Positions 1 to 10,197 of a DNA stretch of 64,000 nucleotides are shown piece by piece. The stretch spans positions 672,001 to 736,000 of the forward strand of contig OY970332.1 of NCBI GenBank assembly GCA_963717435.1, written 5' to 3'. The notes below the pieces were generated by a model, which ran no database searches, was not told where the DNA came from, and worked only from the letters and a program-made list of their open reading frames with translations. Position 1 is the first letter of the stretch, and the number at the start of each line of letters is the position of its first letter. The position numbers were made by a program, and so were the translations under genes. The DNA is from an uncultured bacterium (GTDB taxonomy: Bacteria > Babelota > Babeliae > Babelales > Babelaceae).

Positions 1-738
1 CCAATCGCTGACAATGCTGGTGGAATTTCTGAGATGGCCGAATTTGATCCTAAAGTCAGAAAAATTACAGATAAATTGGACGCACTTGGAAATACAACTG
101 CGGCAATGGGCAAGGGCTTTGCAATAGGTTCAGCGCTTTTAGCGGCACTTGGAATATTTTCGGCTTATGCAGAAGAATCCGCTGTTGGTGTTTTAAATTT
201 AGCTTCTCCTGAAATTTTGGTTGGAGTATTTATTGGCGCAACAATGCCATTCATGATCGCATCTTTGACAATGAGATCAGTAGGTGACGCTGCGCTTAAG
301 ATGGTAATCGAAGTTCGCCGTCAGTTTAAAGAGATCCCGGGCCTTATGGAAGGCACAGGCTCTCCAGACTACGAACGTTGTATTGCAATAAGTACAAAAG
401 CAGCTCTTCAAGAAATGATCTTGCCTGGCATTATAACTGTAGCAATGCCTGTGTCTGTATTTTATCTTATAGGCAAAGCTGCTCTTGGAGGTCTTTTAGT
501 TGGATCAACAGTTGTCGGGGTTCTACTGGCACTTATGATGGCAAATGGTGGCGGTGCTTGGGATAACGCAAAGAAATATATAGAAGCCGGTCATCTTGGC
601 GGCAAAGGCTCGGATGCTCATAAGGCAGCCGTTGTAGGCGATACAGTTGGTGATCCATTCAAGGATACATCAGGTCCTGCCCTTAATATTTTAATTAAGT
701 TGATGTCCATAATATCTCTACTTCTTGCTAGTTTGTAA
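1..738 (+). CDS. hppA: Membrane-bound cation-translocating pyrophosphatase, C-terminal part (5' truncated by window)
   Basis: Frame is open from base 1 ([12 protein letters not shown]...). Motifs [22 protein letters not shown] and [17 protein letters not shown] are present. Confidence 0.95.
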   Translation, partial: PIADNAGGISEMAEFDPKVRKITDKLDALGNTTAAMGKGFAIGSALLAALGIFSAYAEESAVGVLNLASPEILVGVFIGATMPFMIASLTMRSVGDAALKMVIEVRRQFKEIPGLMEGTGSPDYERCIAISTKAALQEMILPGIITVAMPVSVFYLIGKAALGGLLVGSTVVGVLLALMMANGGGAWDNAKKYIEAGHLGGKGSDAHKAAVVGDTVGDPFKDTSGPALNILIKLMSIISLLLASL

Positions 739-748
739 TCGATAACCG

Positions 749-779
749 AGGGCGCCCAATTTGGGCGCCCTTTTTGTTT
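749..779 (+). terminator. Rho-independent terminator after hppA
   Basis: AGGGCGCCCAA-T-TTGGGCGCCCT hairpin followed by a T-tract. Confidence 0.85.
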
Positions 780-1162
780 GTTTGTTTTTAAATTTTATTT
801 TGTGATCTTCTTATTAAATTATATTTATTGCTAAATTTTGTTTTAAAAATATTTTCCAGAGCGATAATAAATAATCAAATTTCTTATTTACATCGAACCA
901 AAAAGTATTATCGTAACTTTTTTTAAAAAAATATTTATTCCCATTTTGCAATTATCTTCTATTTTTATAATTAAAATTTCAAGAATGATTTTAAGAAAAA
1001 AATTTCCTAAAAATTGTTGATATCATGCAGTTAAGTTGCTAAAGTAAATGCAACGAGATAAAAGTTAATAATATTCTGATTGAAACGATTTTGTAGAAAG
1101 AATGTGGGCCTTTGCTCACATTCTTTTTCTCATTAGAGTTTTATTTATTGCAAAGGGGTAGT

Positions 1163-3664
1163 ATGAAGGAATTAGAATTTGCAAATGACGTGGGCATGTC
1201 ATTAAGTATTTCAGATAGTGGAATTTCTGGTGAGCAGAATTCTATTACTTTGATTAAAAGAGATGGTCGCATGGTTCCCCTGGACCATCAAAAACTGAAG
1301 TCTACAATTTCTAGAATAGCAAAAGATTTGTTGGATGTTTCAGTTGAAGATGTAGAGAAAGAGATTTTTAGAAATTTACAAGATGGGATGCAAACTAAAG
1401 ACTTTGATAAACTTTTTGTTCTTGTAGCATCTGGATTTATCGAACGCTCCCCTGAGTATAATGTTTTATCAACAAGATTTTTAAAACAAAGACTTTATAA
1501 AGAAGTTTTTGGTAAATCTGTTTCTGAACAAAATTTTGCTCAACTTTATCGTGAAACTTTTATTACAAATTTAACAATTGGCGTTGTTCAAGATTATTTT
1601 GATAAGCGTTTGTTAGATTACGATCTGGAATTTATATCACAAAATTTGAAGCCTGAGTGCGACGAGCTTTTCGGCTTTATGGGACTCCATACTCTTTATG
1701 AGAGATATTTCTTAAAGATCGACGGCAGACGTCTGGAAACACCCCAAGCATTTTGGATGAGAATCGCGATGGGATTAGCACTTAACGAAAAAAATCCACA
1801 AGAGCATGTGTTAGAATTTTATGAAATTTTATCAACATTAAGATATGTTCCATCAACTCCGACGTTGTTCCATTCAGGAATGAAAATTCCACAACTTAGT
1901 TCATGTTTCTTATCAACAGTTACAGACGATCTGTCCCACATTTTTAAATGTATTGGCGACAATGCTCAGCTTGCAAAGTGGGCCGGCGGACTTGGAACTG
2001 ATTGGACAGGAATTAGAGCAACCGGTTCTTTTATAAAGGGCATCAAAGCTACAAGTCAGGGCGTTGTTCCATTTTTGAAAATAGCAAATGACGTTGTTGT
2101 TGCTATTACAAAAAGTGGCATACGTCGCGGGGGAACATGTGCATACTTAGAAGCATGGCACCTTGATATTGAGCTGTTCTTAGATTTAAGAAGAAATACT
2201 GGTGATGAAAGAATGCGTACCCATGACATGAATACTGCAAGCTGGATCCCAGATCTATTTATGAAACGTGTTCTTGTTGACAAAGATTGGACATTGTTTT
2301 CTCCGGACGAAGTGCCAGATCTTCATGAATTATTTGGAAAAGCTTTTGAAGAACGTTATGAGCATTATGAAAAGCTTGCACATGAAGGGAAAATGCGTCA
2401 ATACAAAACAATAAGTGCAAAGGCACTTTGGCGCAAGATGTTAACAAGATTATTTGAAACTGGTCATCCATGGTTAACTTTCAAAGATCCATGCAACGTT
2501 AGATCTCCACAAGATCATGTCGGTGTTGTTCATAGTTCAAATTTGTGCACAGAGATAACTCTTAACACAAGTGCTTCTGAAACTGCTGTATGTAATTTGG
2601 GCTCTATAAATTTTGAGCGACATGTTATGGATGGCAAGCTCAACGAAGAGCTTTTGAAAGATACTGTAAAAAAAGCAATAAGAATGCTTGATAATGTAAT
2701 CGATCTTAATTTTTATCCGACCCAAGAGGCTAAAAACTCAAACTATAAGCACAGGCCAATTGGTCTTGGTGTGATGGGCTTTCAAGATTTATTATTTAAG
2801 CTCGATATTCCGTTTACATCAGAAGACGCTTTAATTGCAGCTGATTTACTTGGCGAGAAAGTTTCTTATTATGCAATATCAGCTTCATGTGAACTTGCTG
2901 CCGAAAAGGGCGCATATGAAAGCTATAAGGGCTCTAAATGGGATCGTGGTATATTTCCGTTGGATACTGTAGATCTTTTGGAAAAAGAGCGCGGTATGCC
3001 AATCGAAGTTTCAAGAACTTACACTATGGATTGGAATGCACTTAAAGCGAATGTCAAAAAGTATGGCATGAGAAATTCTAATGTAATGGCGATTGCTCCA
3101 ACAGCAACAATTTCTACCATTGCAGGATGCTCACCATGTATTGAGCCTATTTACAAAAATATTTTTGTTGAGTCTAATATCAGTGGCGAATTTGTTATAG
3201 TAAATTCATATCTTGTTGAAGACTTGAAAAAGCGTGGGCTCTGGAACAAATCCACACTTGATAAGTTGAAATATTATGACGGCGATATCTCTATGATTGA
3301 CGGCATAGACTCGCATCTTAAAGAAAAATATAAAACTTCTTTTGATATCCAACCTGAGTGGCTCATGAAGATAACTGCAACAAGAGGTAAGTGGATCGAT
3401 CAAAGCCAGTCGCACAACGTCTTCATGAAAGGTGTTTCAGGAAAGCGTATGGAAGAGGCTTATATGGCTGCATGGAAATATGGCATGAAAACAACTTATT
3501 ATTTTAGAACTTTGGCTGCAACTCAGATTGAAAAATCGACTCTCGATGCGTCAACTTATGGATTTACGCAAAAAAGAGAATATGGTGCAGCTGCCGGTTC
3601 TGTTGGTTCTTCTGGCCCGCAAGCTTGTGGAATTGAAAATCCAGAATGCGAATCTTGCCAGTAG
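1163..3664 (+). CDS. nrdA: Class I ribonucleotide reductase large subunit with N-terminal ATP-cone
   Basis: IKRDG ATP-cone start, PSTPTLF, QLSSC, SSNLCTEI, APTATIS, TTYY, C-terminal CESCQ. ATG 1163 follows an AGGGG RBS. Confidence 0.95.
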   Translation: MKELEFANDVGMSLSISDSGISGEQNSITLIKRDGRMVPLDHQKLKSTISRIAKDLLDVSVEDVEKEIFRNLQDGMQTKDFDKLFVLVASGFIERSPEYNVLSTRFLKQRLYKEVFGKSVSEQNFAQLYRETFITNLTIGVVQDYFDKRLLDYDLEFISQNLKPECDELFGFMGLHTLYERYFLKIDGRRLETPQAFWMRIAMGLALNEKNPQEHVLEFYEILSTLRYVPSTPTLFHSGMKIPQLSSCFLSTVTDDLSHIFKCIGDNAQLAKWAGGLGTDWTGIRATGSFIKGIKATSQGVVPFLKIANDVVVAITKSGIRRGGTCAYLEAWHLDIELFLDLRRNTGDERMRTHDMNTASWIPDLFMKRVLVDKDWTLFSPDEVPDLHELFGKAFEERYEHYEKLAHEGKMRQYKTISAKALWRKMLTRLFETGHPWLTFKDPCNVRSPQDHVGVVHSSNLCTEITLNTSASETAVCNLGSINFERHVMDGKLNEELLKDTVKKAIRMLDNVIDLNFYPTQEAKNSNYKHRPIGLGVMGFQDLLFKLDIPFTSEDALIAADLLGEKVSYYAISASCELAAEKGAYESYKGSKWDRGIFPLDTVDLLEKERGMPIEVSRTYTMDWNALKANVKKYGMRNSNVMAIAPTATISTIAGCSPCIEPIYKNIFVESNISGEFVIVNSYLVEDLKKRGLWNKSTLDKLKYYDGDISMIDGIDSHLKEKYKTSFDIQPEWLMKITATRGKWIDQSQSHNVFMKGVSGKRMEEAYMAAWKYGMKTTYYFRTLAATQIEKSTLDASTYGFTQKREYGAAAGSVGSSGPQACGIENPECESCQ

Positions 3665-3758
3665 CGAGTTTCACATTGTAAAGTAAATTTTAAGCACATA
3701 AACAAATAAGCCCGTTATTTTGATTATAAGTAGCGGGCAAAGCAAAAGGGTAAAAAAA

Positions 3759-4772
3759 ATGAGCAAAATTAATAAAAAAACAATAATAAATAATTCAGTA
3801 ACTGATCCAAATAAAATTTTGCCAATGACATATTTGTGGGCAAGACAACACTACAAAGATGGCATAGCGAATAACTGGACCCCTGATGAAATTTCAATGC
3901 AACAGGATATGGAGCAATGGAAATCAAAAGAGGCGTTAAGTGCAGCAGAACGTAAATTGATTTTGTGGAACTTGGGATTTTTTTCAACGGCAGAGTCTTT
4001 AACTGCAAATAATTTAGTGCTTGCTGTTTACAAACATGTAACCAATCCTGAATGCAGACAGTATATTTTGCGTCAAGCTTTTGAAGAGGCCGTTCATACA
4101 GATACATTTATATACTGCTGTGACTCTTTGGGTTTAGAGCCAGATGAAATTTATACAATGTATCAAAATATTGCGTCTATCAAAGCAAAAGATGATTTTG
4201 TTGTGGAAATAACAAAATCCCTTTTTGATCCAAGTTTTGAAACTAAGACGCAGGACGATATTAGAAAATTTCTTCATGATCTTGTAGGCTACTATGTGAT
4301 CATGGAAGGGATTTTTTTCTATGCCGGATTTGCAATGATGCTTGCATTAAAGCGCCAAAATAAGATGGTTGGTGTTGGTCAGCAATTTGAATATATAATG
4401 CGTGATGAAAGTATTCACTTGGCATTCGGTTGCGATTTAATTAACACTATTAAATCAGAAAACCCTGAGATTTGGACACAAGAATTTCAGGACAACGTGG
4501 TGATATTAATCAGACAAGCTGTTGAGCTTGAAAAAAACTATGCAATGGATGCCTGCCCGAGTGGAATTATTGGGATAACGGCAAAGCAGTTCTGTGACTA
4601 TGTTGAGTATATTGCTGATAGAAGACTTGAGCGCCTTGGATTATCAAAAATATATTTGACAGAAAATCCACTACCATGGATGGCTCAATCAACTGATATA
4701 AATAAAAAGAAGAATTTCTTCGAAACCCGTGTTACTGAATATCAAGCAGCTGGTTCTTTAAACTGGGATTAA
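3759..4772 (+). CDS. nrdB: Ribonucleotide reductase small subunit, class Ic (R2c)-type
   Basis: Ferritin-like ligands FSTAE, EEAVH, MEGIFF, RDESIH and C-terminal NFFETRVTEY. Phe occupies the radical Tyr position. Confidence 0.93.
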   Translation: MSKINKKTIINNSVTDPNKILPMTYLWARQHYKDGIANNWTPDEISMQQDMEQWKSKEALSAAERKLILWNLGFFSTAESLTANNLVLAVYKHVTNPECRQYILRQAFEEAVHTDTFIYCCDSLGLEPDEIYTMYQNIASIKAKDDFVVEITKSLFDPSFETKTQDDIRKFLHDLVGYYVIMEGIFFYAGFAMMLALKRQNKMVGVGQQFEYIMRDESIHLAFGCDLINTIKSENPEIWTQEFQDNVVILIRQAVELEKNYAMDACPSGIIGITAKQFCDYVEYIADRRLERLGLSKIYLTENPLPWMAQSTDINKKKNFFETRVTEYQAAGSLNWD

Positions 4773-4799
4773 TTTTAATTATTTAATTTATAAATAATA

Positions 4800-4837
4800 A
4801 TAATGGGCAAGCTTAATAAGTTTGCCCATTATGTTTT
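4800..4837 (+). terminator. Terminator hairpin after nrdB
   Basis: ATAATGGGCAAGCTT-AAT-AAGTTTGCCCATTAT followed by GTTTT. Confidence 0.7.
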
Positions 4838-4906
4838 AAAACTCAAAATACCGTTCGTCCCCAAGCTTCCCGATTCTCAAGACTACCCAAGACAGGTCGC
4901 TTAAAG

Positions 4907-4951
4907 CCCGCTCATCCCGAGTGTTTTTTCGCAGAAAAAATGTATCGAGGG
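4907..4951. repeat. REP-like GC-rich intergenic element
   Basis: CCCGCTCATCCCGAGTG-(TTTTTTC-GCA-GAAAAAA)-TGTATCGAGGG; a related unit lies at 30816-30891. Confidence 0.5.
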
Positions 4952-4971
4952 GTGTTCAAAATTTTTTTTAA

Positions 4972-5268
4972 CTAGCCGTTCTTATTTCCGTTGCCCTTAC
5001 CACGAGTTTTGCCCGGGTTATTTCTGTCTCGTCTATTATTCTCGTGTCCTGGAAGACCGTGTCCCTTGTTTGTTATTGTTCCTGAGTGATCTTTCGGGTT
5101 TGTGTGCTCGTATGCGCGATGGTTTGAATTTGCGGGATTAATATCTTTCCCGTGATGATTATTATGTTCGTGCTGATGTCCATTATTATTGTTATTATTG
5201 CTGTTATTATCGGTATTATTGTTATTTTCTCGTCCGTAATTATGGCCAACTTTTTTATCAAATTTCAT
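4972..5268 (-). CDS. Low-complexity Asn/His/Gly-rich hypothetical protein (possibly the tail of the upstream gene)
   Basis: Open frame with GGAG RBS before ATG 5268; poly-Asn and His-rich composition. Confidence 0.45.
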   Translation of the reverse strand: MKFDKKVGHNYGRENNNNTDNNSNNNNNNGHQHEHNNHHGKDINPANSNHRAYEHTNPKDHSGTITNKGHGLPGHENNRRDRNNPGKTRGKGNGNKNG

Positions 5269-5284
5269 AAACTCTCCGTTTTTG

Positions 5285-5920
5285 TTATCCATTTTTTACT
5301 TCGTCACTTGCTAAATATTTGTCTGCTGCCGCTTTACCCTGTGTTTGCAACCTCTTTCCCAATAGTATATATAAATTAACCCAATTAATTAATAGATTTT
5401 CTAAATTTGTTTTTAGTTCTTCTTGCTCAGCTAATTTTTCACTTGTGCTTAATAAATTTATTTTATTTTTTGCCACTTTTACCTGTTCATCTATATTTAA
5501 TAAAACTGGATTTAATTGCGTAACTTTAAATTGATAAATTGCTTCTTTGGGCTCATATTGCTCTATATTAAATAAGCGTTCTTTAGATTTTGATACAGTT
5601 TCAAATCCGTTAAGCGCCGTTTGGCTCAGATATTTTGGCGTAGAGAATAACTTTTTTATTTCTAATTCTATTTCCAGTGGTAATACCCCACTTGTAACTA
5701 TATAAAACAATTCATCGTTAATATTTTTTAACTTGGTTTTTTCTAAATCAGAAATTCCCAATATATTCTGATTTTTTTCTATAATACCCTTTAACTCAGT
5801 TATTTTTGGCGATAGAGACTTTATTTCTTGGTTTATATCAAATTTTTTATAGCCATCGCATACTACTGAACCAGTAACTGCAAAAGTTAGGGCCGTCAGG
5901 ATCACTAATTTTTTATTCAT
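5285..5920 (-). CDS. Secreted helical hypothetical protein
   Basis: Signal peptide MNKKLVILTALTFAVTGSVVC, followed by a helical/coiled-coil-like body. Confidence 0.75.
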   Translation of the reverse strand: MNKKLVILTALTFAVTGSVVCDGYKKFDINQEIKSLSPKITELKGIIEKNQNILGISDLEKTKLKNINDELFYIVTSGVLPLEIELEIKKLFSTPKYLSQTALNGFETVSKSKERLFNIEQYEPKEAIYQFKVTQLNPVLLNIDEQVKVAKNKINLLSTSEKLAEQEELKTNLENLLINWVNLYILLGKRLQTQGKAAADKYLASDEVKNG

Positions 5921-6242
5921 AAAACATCCCAATTTTTTAATGGTATTTTTAATCGCACACACATACTACTTACTATAAATCATAATTTAATTTCAGTCTG
6001 AAAATCAACAATTGTCTTATTATTAGTGATTATTTTAGGCTTTTTAACCTGTTTTTGAAGATCATATTATATTGATTATTGCCCGATTTTTGTTGTTTTT
6101 TAATAACTTTATTAATCAACAAATTTGGTGGCCCATTTAATTTGTTTCTAAATTGTTGCTTTTGGGAGTCTGTAATTGCTAATATAAATTATGAATAGGC
6201 TAATTTTGAAATTTAATTATGCGGGTATGGGAGACCAAAAAA

Positions 6243-6716
6243 ATGAATAATAACGGAAATAAGAGATTTTTTTATACACTAGCGTTTGTTTCGATGCTTA
6301 TATCTTCGAGTATTTACTCACTTGTTGTATTCCCGAGTATATCAATCGAAAATAATACAGATTTTGAAATACAAGTTTCTTTTACTCTAGGTGCGACAAA
6401 GAGTGGCAATACCCCGGCACGTGCTACTGTAAAACCGCCTATTCCTGTACGTGGCCCGTCATCGGAAGCCTTTAATTGTAAGAATGTAGGAGAGGCAAGA
6501 AGCTTGATAATCAAAGCTAAAAGTCAAACTAGTACTGATTTAGGACGCTGTGGTGTTAATAATTTAAAAATTACAAGTTCAAATGCGACTTTGTTTGAAG
6601 CAACTGAACCTATATATTTTAATATTCTTGTCAGAGATAAGGGTATTAAAATAAACAAAGAAAATAGCAGATTTAAAGTAGATATTAACGTTGGAAGTAC
6701 TGGTAAGAAAAATTAG
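6243..6716 (+). CDS. Secreted small beta-rich hypothetical protein
   Basis: GGGAG RBS, signal peptide ending SIYS, and an I-x-N-x-T...C...C pattern shared with the N-domains of the downstream ankyrin proteins. Confidence 0.75.
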   Translation: MNNNGNKRFFYTLAFVSMLISSSIYSLVVFPSISIENNTDFEIQVSFTLGATKSGNTPARATVKPPIPVRGPSSEAFNCKNVGEARSLIIKAKSQTSTDLGRCGVNNLKITSSNATLFEATEPIYFNILVRDKGIKINKENSRFKVDINVGSTGKKN

Positions 6717-6744
6717 GTGTTTATAATAATTTTATGGAGGGTTT

Positions 6745-8412
6745 ATGAAAAAGAGTGGTGTTTTTGTCTTAACAATGTTGCTAATTAACTTTGGGAACAT
6801 TTTTTCAGTCAAATATTCTATTACCAACGTCACAAAAGAGAAATTGTACGTGGAAATTTTTTCTGGCGTAGGGGAGCAGGCCCAATCTGTTATACCGGCC
6901 ATAACTACAGCTGGCTTAGCTGCGATTTCTATGCACGATTGTTTAAATGGTTTTTCTATAACTTTAGAATCAGGGCAGTCTTACAGGGTTGATGCTCCAT
7001 GTTGTATAAGTAATATAAAGGTTAGTAGATCAGATAGTTTTGATAAGGTTATTGCAACTAGATACGGGGATTACTGTGCATCAAATGATGTTTACATTCA
7101 TAAGTCTGATATAGATAGTTTTTATTTAGATTCAAATCATGACGCAAGTGATTATGAAAAAAGGACTGCGGGTATTGCGGAAATTTCAAAATCGTCAGCA
7201 GCAGATTTGGCAGTTATGGCCTCACAAATCAAAAGTGGGGTTATAGATTTTAAATTTATAGCCAACAAGCCAGTAGGTACCGGTGGATTAACCGATGCCC
7301 TTATTGAATCTATAAAAAAATCTAATATTGAGGCTAAAGCAAAAGACAAAGAAGGTAATAATTTACTTCAACAATTGATTATAGCAAATCCTGTTTTTGC
7401 AGGAATGGGGCCTGATGTGCTTTCAAATGCTGAGAATTATGTTTCAGCAGGCCTTTTGAAACAAAATAATAAAAATGGGGATAATGCTGTTGCTACAGCA
7501 GCAAAAATTGATAGTAGAGATTGGGCATTGTTTCTGGTTAGGTATCATGGAAATGTTTTAATTTCAAATAATAATAAGCAAACTCCATTACATCTTGCTG
7601 CATTAAAAAATGATATTTACTTGATACAGTTATTCATAAAAGCCGCTACGGTTACTCCAGGCATAAAGGAGCAAGCTATGAATCGGTATATAAATCAACG
7701 TGATTCCTCAGGCAAAACTGCGTTTGATTTGATAACTGATATAAACATATTATCAAGTTTAATTATGGAGCCAATCAGAACCTTGAATTATAAGCCTGAA
7801 ATTACCGATGTAAACAGAGTAGTTTCACAAAATGGAGACACTTATTTAATTGCGGCTTTAAAAAATAATTTATCTAATTTTGCAACCAAATTACTTTCTA
7901 TGGGGGCAGATCCTAATATTAAAAATGGTGACGGTAGGACAGCGATTTTTTATGTCTTAATGAATATTAAATCAGGCGAAGGAATACCTTTGTTAAAATC
8001 ATTAATTGAAAAAAAAGTTGACTTGAATATTGTAGATAAATTTGGAATTACGCCATTAATAGTTGCAACTAACGCAAAAGATATTAAATATATTGATCTT
8101 TTGCTTTCAAATGGAGTCAATATAAATCAGCAGGATGCTGGCTCTAAGTTAATAACTCCAACTATGCGCGTAGAGTCTGTTACACCGCTTTTAATTGCTG
8201 TAAATTCTGGTGATAATAAGCTTGTAAGATATCTAATATCCAAGGGCGCTGATGTAAATTTAAAATATCCAGTTCAATTTGGAAAAAGCAAAGAAAAAGT
8301 GATGGTGAGTTTGGATCAGATAATCGATATAGCTAAAATCAAGGGTGTAAATATTAGGGAGTTAAAACCTAAACAGGAGCCTAAGCAACCAGAGAAGCCA
8401 GCTAATAGTTAG
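6745..8412 (+). CDS. Secreted ankyrin-repeat protein (copy 1)
   Basis: GGAGG RBS, signal peptide, ankyrin motifs QTPLHLAA, GDTYLIAA...GADPN, TPLIVA and TPLLIAV...GADVN. Confidence 0.9.
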   Translation: MKKSGVFVLTMLLINFGNIFSVKYSITNVTKEKLYVEIFSGVGEQAQSVIPAITTAGLAAISMHDCLNGFSITLESGQSYRVDAPCCISNIKVSRSDSFDKVIATRYGDYCASNDVYIHKSDIDSFYLDSNHDASDYEKRTAGIAEISKSSAADLAVMASQIKSGVIDFKFIANKPVGTGGLTDALIESIKKSNIEAKAKDKEGNNLLQQLIIANPVFAGMGPDVLSNAENYVSAGLLKQNNKNGDNAVATAAKIDSRDWALFLVRYHGNVLISNNNKQTPLHLAALKNDIYLIQLFIKAATVTPGIKEQAMNRYINQRDSSGKTAFDLITDINILSSLIMEPIRTLNYKPEITDVNRVVSQNGDTYLIAALKNNLSNFATKLLSMGADPNIKNGDGRTAIFYVLMNIKSGEGIPLLKSLIEKKVDLNIVDKFGITPLIVATNAKDIKYIDLLLSNGVNINQQDAGSKLITPTMRVESVTPLLIAVNSGDNKLVRYLISKGADVNLKYPVQFGKSKEKVMVSLDQIIDIAKIKGVNIRELKPKQEPKQPEKPANS

Positions 8413-8520
8413 TTTTTTTACGCTATTATTTGGAATTTTAATTGCTTGGCCCAAGCTAAAAAATATAGGGTTTGAAAGAATTAGAAAATTGTGTGCTTAT
8501 AATAATTTTATGGAGGATTT

Positions 8521-10185
8521 ATGAAGAAGATAGGTGTTTTTGCTTTGACGATGTTGCTAATTAATTTTGGGAATATTTTTTCGGTCAAATATTCTATTAC
8601 CAATATCACAAAAGAGAAATTGTATGTAAAGATTTCTCCTAGTTTAGGAGAACGTGGTCAATCCGTTATACCGGCAGTAACTACTGCAGGTTTATCTGCA
8701 ATCGCGATGCACGATTGTTTAAGTGGCCTTTCTATAACTTTAGAATCAGGGCAATCTTACAGAGTTGATGAACCATGTTGTATGAGTAAAATAAAGGTTA
8801 GTAGGTCAGATAGCTTTGACAATGTTCTTACAACCAGAGACGGGGACTATTGTGCATCAGACGATGTTTACATTCATAAGTCTGATACAGATAGTTTTTA
8901 TATAGATTCGAATCGTGATCTAAATGACTATGAAAAAAGAACTGCGGCTATTGCAGGAATTTCAAAAGCAGTGACAGCAGATTTGGCAGTTATAGATTCG
9001 CAAATCAAGAGCGGAGTTATAGATTTAAAATTTATAGCCAATAAGCCAGTAGGTACCGGTGGATTAACCGATGCTATTATTGAATCTATCAAAAAATCTA
9101 ATATTGACGCTAAAAAACAAGACAAAGACGGGAACAATTTACTTCAGCAATTGATTATAGCAAATCCTGTTTTTGCAGGGATAGGGCCTGATGTGCTTTC
9201 AAATGGTGAAAATTATGTTTCAGCAGGTCTTTTGGAAGAAAAGAATAAAAATGGAGATACGCCGCTTGCTACAGCAGCAAAAATTGATAGTAGAGAGTGG
9301 GCATTGTTTCTGGTTAGGCACCATGCAAATGTTTTAACTTCAGATAATAATAAGCAAACTCCATTACATATTGCTGCATTAAAAAATGATATTTACTTAA
9401 TACAGTTATTTATAAAAGCGGCTAAAATGTTAGGCGTGAGCGATGCAGCTATCACCCAGTACCTAAATCAAGCCGATTCTTCAGGTAAAACTGCATTTGA
9501 TTTGATAACCGACCTAAAGATATTATCAACTTTGATAACTGAGCCGCTTAGAACCCTGTATTTTAAGCCTGAAATTACTGATATAAACAGAGTAGTTTCA
9601 AAAAATGGAGACACTTATTTAATGGCGGCTATAAAAAATAATCTAACTGATCTTGCGACCAAGTTACTTTCTATGGGTGCTAATCCCAGCACTAAAAATA
9701 CTGATGGTAGGACAGCGATTTTTTATGTTTTAATGAATATGACATCAGACGAAGGAATGCCATTGTTGAAATTATTAATTGAAAAAAAAGTTGACTTAAA
9801 TCTTTTAGATAAATTTGGAGTTACGCCATTAATAGTTGCAACTAACGCAAAAGATAATAAATATATTGATCTTTTGGTTTCAAATGGAGCCAATCTAAAT
9901 CAACAAGATCCTGCTTCTAAATTAATAACTCCGGTCATGCGAGTAGAGTCTGTTACACCACTTTTAATTGCTGTAAATTCTGGTGATAATAAGCTTGTAA
10001 GATATCTGATATCCAAGGGAGCTGATGTAAATTTAAAATATCCAGTTCAATTTGCAAAAAACAAAGAAAAACTGATATTGAATTTGGAGCAGATAATCGG
10101 CGCGGCTCAAATTAAGGGTGTAATCATTAGGGAGTTAAAACCTAAACAGGAGCTTAAGCAACCAGAGAAGCCAGCTAATAGTTAG
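8521..10185 (+). CDS. Secreted ankyrin-repeat protein (copy 2, tandem paralog)
   Basis: Colinear and highly similar to 6745..8412, with the same ankyrin motifs. Confidence 0.9.
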   Translation: MKKIGVFALTMLLINFGNIFSVKYSITNITKEKLYVKISPSLGERGQSVIPAVTTAGLSAIAMHDCLSGLSITLESGQSYRVDEPCCMSKIKVSRSDSFDNVLTTRDGDYCASDDVYIHKSDTDSFYIDSNRDLNDYEKRTAAIAGISKAVTADLAVIDSQIKSGVIDLKFIANKPVGTGGLTDAIIESIKKSNIDAKKQDKDGNNLLQQLIIANPVFAGIGPDVLSNGENYVSAGLLEEKNKNGDTPLATAAKIDSREWALFLVRHHANVLTSDNNKQTPLHIAALKNDIYLIQLFIKAAKMLGVSDAAITQYLNQADSSGKTAFDLITDLKILSTLITEPLRTLYFKPEITDINRVVSKNGDTYLMAAIKNNLTDLATKLLSMGANPSTKNTDGRTAIFYVLMNMTSDEGMPLLKLLIEKKVDLNLLDKFGVTPLIVATNAKDNKYIDLLVSNGANLNQQDPASKLITPVMRVESVTPLLIAVNSGDNKLVRYLISKGADVNLKYPVQFAKNKEKLILNLEQIIGAAQIKGVIIRELKPKQELKQPEKPANS

Positions 10186-10197
10186 TTTTTTAGATTA

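Noticed and set aside
780-1162. NrdR boxes or a riboswitch upstream of nrdA
   Set aside because: The region is very AT-rich, with no convincing NrdR palindrome pair or structured leader.
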